DNA of 9,750 nucleotides from a virus (Duplodnaviria; Heunggongvirae; Uroviricota; Caudoviricetes): IMG/VR virus record IMGVR_UViG_2526164633_000033; one strand, 5' to 3'. Shown piece by piece: positions 6,896 to 9,750 of this stretch (position 1 is its first letter; each line of letters starts with the position of its first letter). The notes under the pieces were generated by a model. It saw only the letters and a program-made list of their open reading frames with translations, ran no database searches and was not told where the DNA came from. The position numbers and the translations under genes were made by a program.

Positions 6896-7059
6896 TCACC
6901 CTGGTGTGCTTTGAGCACATCGAAGATCTGGTGGCGGATATTGCCGTTATTTTTAACTGGTCGCCCGCCGAAATCTTCATGATGACGCCCGGCGAAGTGG
7001 TTAGCTGGCGTGAGCGGGCGGCACTTCGCAGCGGGAATGCAGACAATGAAGACTCTTGA
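6521..7059 (+). CDS. E+E': E+E' fusion chaperone made by programmed -1 ribosomal frameshift from the E frame into the E' frame (open 6793-7059)
   Basis: The -1 frame is open from 6793 and runs to a TGA at 7057-7059, overlapping the end of E and the start of T. Candidate slippery sites in the overlap are the A7 run at 6791-6797 and the heptamer A_AAT_TTT at 6838-6844. The exact shift site is not determined. Confidence 0.5.
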
Positions 7060-9750
7060 TATCCGGGTCGCTTTCAGCGCCGTTGACAGGCTGACCCGGC
7101 CTGCCGAAAACGCCCGCCGCCTGATGGGGCAGTTTGGTGACTCCATCCAGCGAACGCAGGGGGCGATCAAAAATCTCGAGCGTCAGGCGCGTTCATTTGA
7201 GCGCGCCCGTGACGCTGTCAGTAAAGCGGATGCTGGCATATTGAAAGCTCGACGCCAGCTTAACGCCCTTAATCAGTTACAACACACGGGTACAGTGCTC
7301 AGCGAAAAACACAAAAGCTGATGCAGCAGTTAAGCACCCGGCTTGAACGCCTGAATGAATCGCGCACACGGGAGATTCAGAAAATGCGGGAGCTTGGCGG
7401 AGAGCTGAAACGCCACGGCATTTCCCTGACAGGCAGCGATAACACCATTCAACAGGCCATCAGACGCACCGAACAGTACAACAACCAGCTTGAACGCGAA
7501 CGGCAGGCGCTTGCGCGTGTAACGCGGGCGCGTGAGCGGTATTCGCGCGCGCAGGAAACCGCGGGAAAACTGAAAACAGGTGGTGCACTGGCAACAGGTG
7601 CGGCAGCGGCGGGCGGCTATGCTGCCGGGCGTTTTTTGCAGCCCGCGATTGGGTTCGGGAAAGAGATGTCCCGCGTTCAGGCACTGACGCGAATCGACAA
7701 AAACAGCCCACAGTTTAAGGCGCTGCGTGAGCAGGCGTTAAAACTTGGCTCTGAAACGCAGTTCACCGCTGGAGATGCCGCCAGTGGACAGGCATTTCTT
7801 GCAATGGCTGGTTTTACTCCGCAGGCCATTCAGGCTGCGCTTCCCGGCGTGCTGAGCATGGCAACGGCTGGCGGTATGGATCTCGGCGAGACGGCGGATA
7901 TTGGCTCAAATATCCTGACGCAGTTCGGCCTCTCTGCTGACCAGATGGACCGGGTTGGCTACACGCTTACAGCGGCGTTTACCCGTACCAACACTGACCT
8001 TCGCGCGCTGGGCGAAACCATGAAATATGCAGGTCCGGTGGCGGGTAAGCTGGGAATATCGCTGGAGCAGGCCGCTGCGATGGCGGGCGTGCTGGCGAAT
8101 ATGGGCATCAGAGGGAGTGATGCCGGGACGGCAATGCGTGCCAGCCTGGCTCGTCTGGCATCACCGCCAAAGGCGGCAGCAGAGGCGCTGAAAGAGCTGG
8201 GTGTGGCTGTCTCTGACGCGAACGGCAAAATGCGCCCGATGGAGGATGTACTGGCCGACCTTTATAAAGCCGCCCGCAAATACGGGGAAGTTGACCGGGT
8301 ATCGTTCTTTAAGGACATTGCCGGAGAAGAGGCTTTCACATCGTTTATGGCGCTCGTTGATGCAGCGGGTGACGGCTCCTTACCCAAACTGAGAAAAGAA
8401 CTTGAAGGCGCGCGCGGTGAGGCTGAACGCACAGCAAAGGTTATGGCCAACAACCTTGACGGCGATCTGAAATCACTCGGCAGTGCATGGGAAGGGTTGC
8501 GCATCCGCATTGCAGATCTGATTGACGGTCCGCTGCGTTCTGTCACGCAGTGGCTCACGCGGGTGGTATCAAAGGTGACGGCGCTGGCGCAGGCCCATCC
8601 GGCACTGACGCGCCAGCTACTGATTGCAGGTGGGGCATTGCTGGCGATGACTGCAACGGTCGGCTCGTTGTCGTTGGCTATTGGTGTGCTTGCTGGCCCG
8701 CTGGCAAAACTGCGTCTTGGCTTTTCCCTCCTGACCGGATCAATGAATGCTGTCAGGCTCCTGCCAGCACTATGGGGAATGGTGACGGGTTCCGTTTCGT
8801 TACTGGGGGGCGCTATCGGGGCGCTGTTCAGCCCGGTCGGATTGATTGCTGCTGCGTTTGTGGCTGCGGCGGTTCTCATCTGGAAATACTGGGAACCCAT
8901 CAAGGCGTTTTATGCAGGGGTGTTCAGTGGGATTATGGAACGGCTGGCTCCGTTGCGCGAAACCTTTGAACGGTTCGGTCCAGTTTTTGATGTCGTGCGC
9001 GATGGGATTATTCAGGTCTTTAACTGGTTTAAATCGCTGCTGTCACCGATGGAGTCCAGCAAGGAAACGCTGGATAAATGTACCAGTGCTGGCGAGGTAT
9101 TCGGCAGGGTACTCGGTGGAGCGATAGAGCTTGTCCTGACGCCAACAAAAGCATTGATGGATTCACTGGCGTGGATACTTGAAAAGCTCGGAGTGCTTCC
9201 GGATGAAGCGGAACGGGCGAGAAAGAAAATAGAGAACGCTTCAAAGGCTCCTGTAATGTGGGAATGGGATCCGGTTCTCAAGAAAATGGTTCAGAAACCA
9301 TGGACTCCCGGCCCGGCCCCGTCAGATAAGGTCGACGACAAAAAAGGCGATAAACCCAGAGACAACAAACCGCTCACAGACAACAATACCGGTACGCTAC
9401 GCAGACTCAGCAAAATTGCTGATAACACAGGTAAGCTGGTTGATGAGACGAAAAAACGCATTGGCCCCGGCGATATTGTCTTTAAGAACCTGCCCCGCGC
9501 ACTTGCTGTTCGTGGGGAGTGGCAGGAGCGGAAGATTGCGCAGGTCAGTAAGCCTGCCCCCGCAATTACTATCACACCCGTGGTTCCGGCTCCGCTGCCT
9601 CCGGCGCTGGTCCCTGTTGTTGCGGCCAGCTCCCGCCCGGTGGCGGAGGCTATACGATCGCCAGTGGCATCAGTTCCTGCAACTTCCCGTAACCGGGAGC
9701 CTGTTGTCTCCGGATTTGGCGGTGAATTCATGTTCATCTGCATAACGTTG
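7046..9750 (+). pseudogene. T: Tail tape measure protein (P2 gpT family), 3' end beyond the window; frameshift near the 5' end splits a 91-codon N-terminal fragment (7046-7321) from the main body (frame 1, 7273 to beyond 9750)
   Basis: The ATG at 7046 has a GGGA ribosome-binding site 9 nt upstream and overlaps the E' stop. Frame 2 hits TGA at 7319-7321, while frame 1 is open from 7273 to the window end by hand translation and encodes a coiled-coil-rich region followed by Ala/Gly-rich hydrophobic segments typical of tape measure proteins. The main body is missing from the ORF track only because it has no stop inside the window. Adding one A to the A5 run at 7305-7309 restores a continuous frame (...VLSEKTQKLMQQLSTRLERL...). 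Confidence 0.8.

Overview
This window looks like a P2-family (Peduovirus-like) prophage segment, judged from the translated ORFs; no database search was possible. On the + strand lies a tail-gene block: sheath FI (4770-5954), tube FII (5954-6465, broken by a frameshift), chaperone E with a -1 frameshift extension E' (6521-6895/7059), and tape measure T (7046 to beyond the window end, also frameshifted near its 5' end). On the - strand lie tail gene D (3504-4613), an Ogr/Delta zinc-finger late activator (1505-1765), a HokA-like type I toxin (1174-1314) with a possible mok-like overlapping frame, and an unknown 124-aa ORF (1-375). The most interesting element is a visibly AT-rich 478-aa gene (1884-3320, + strand) wedged between D and ogr, transcribed against them. 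It has the look of horizontally acquired cargo and carries an HEPN-like R-x6-H motif; I consider it the best candidate for an undescribed single-gene anti-phage (abortive-infection-like) system. Both tail-gene frameshifts sit at short homopolymer runs (G5, A5) and could be sequencing errors or genuine decay of the prophage. No rRNA, tRNA, CRISPR array or IS element was recognised. All functional calls rest on remembered family features and reading-frame logic, and G+C contrasts were judged by eye, not computed.
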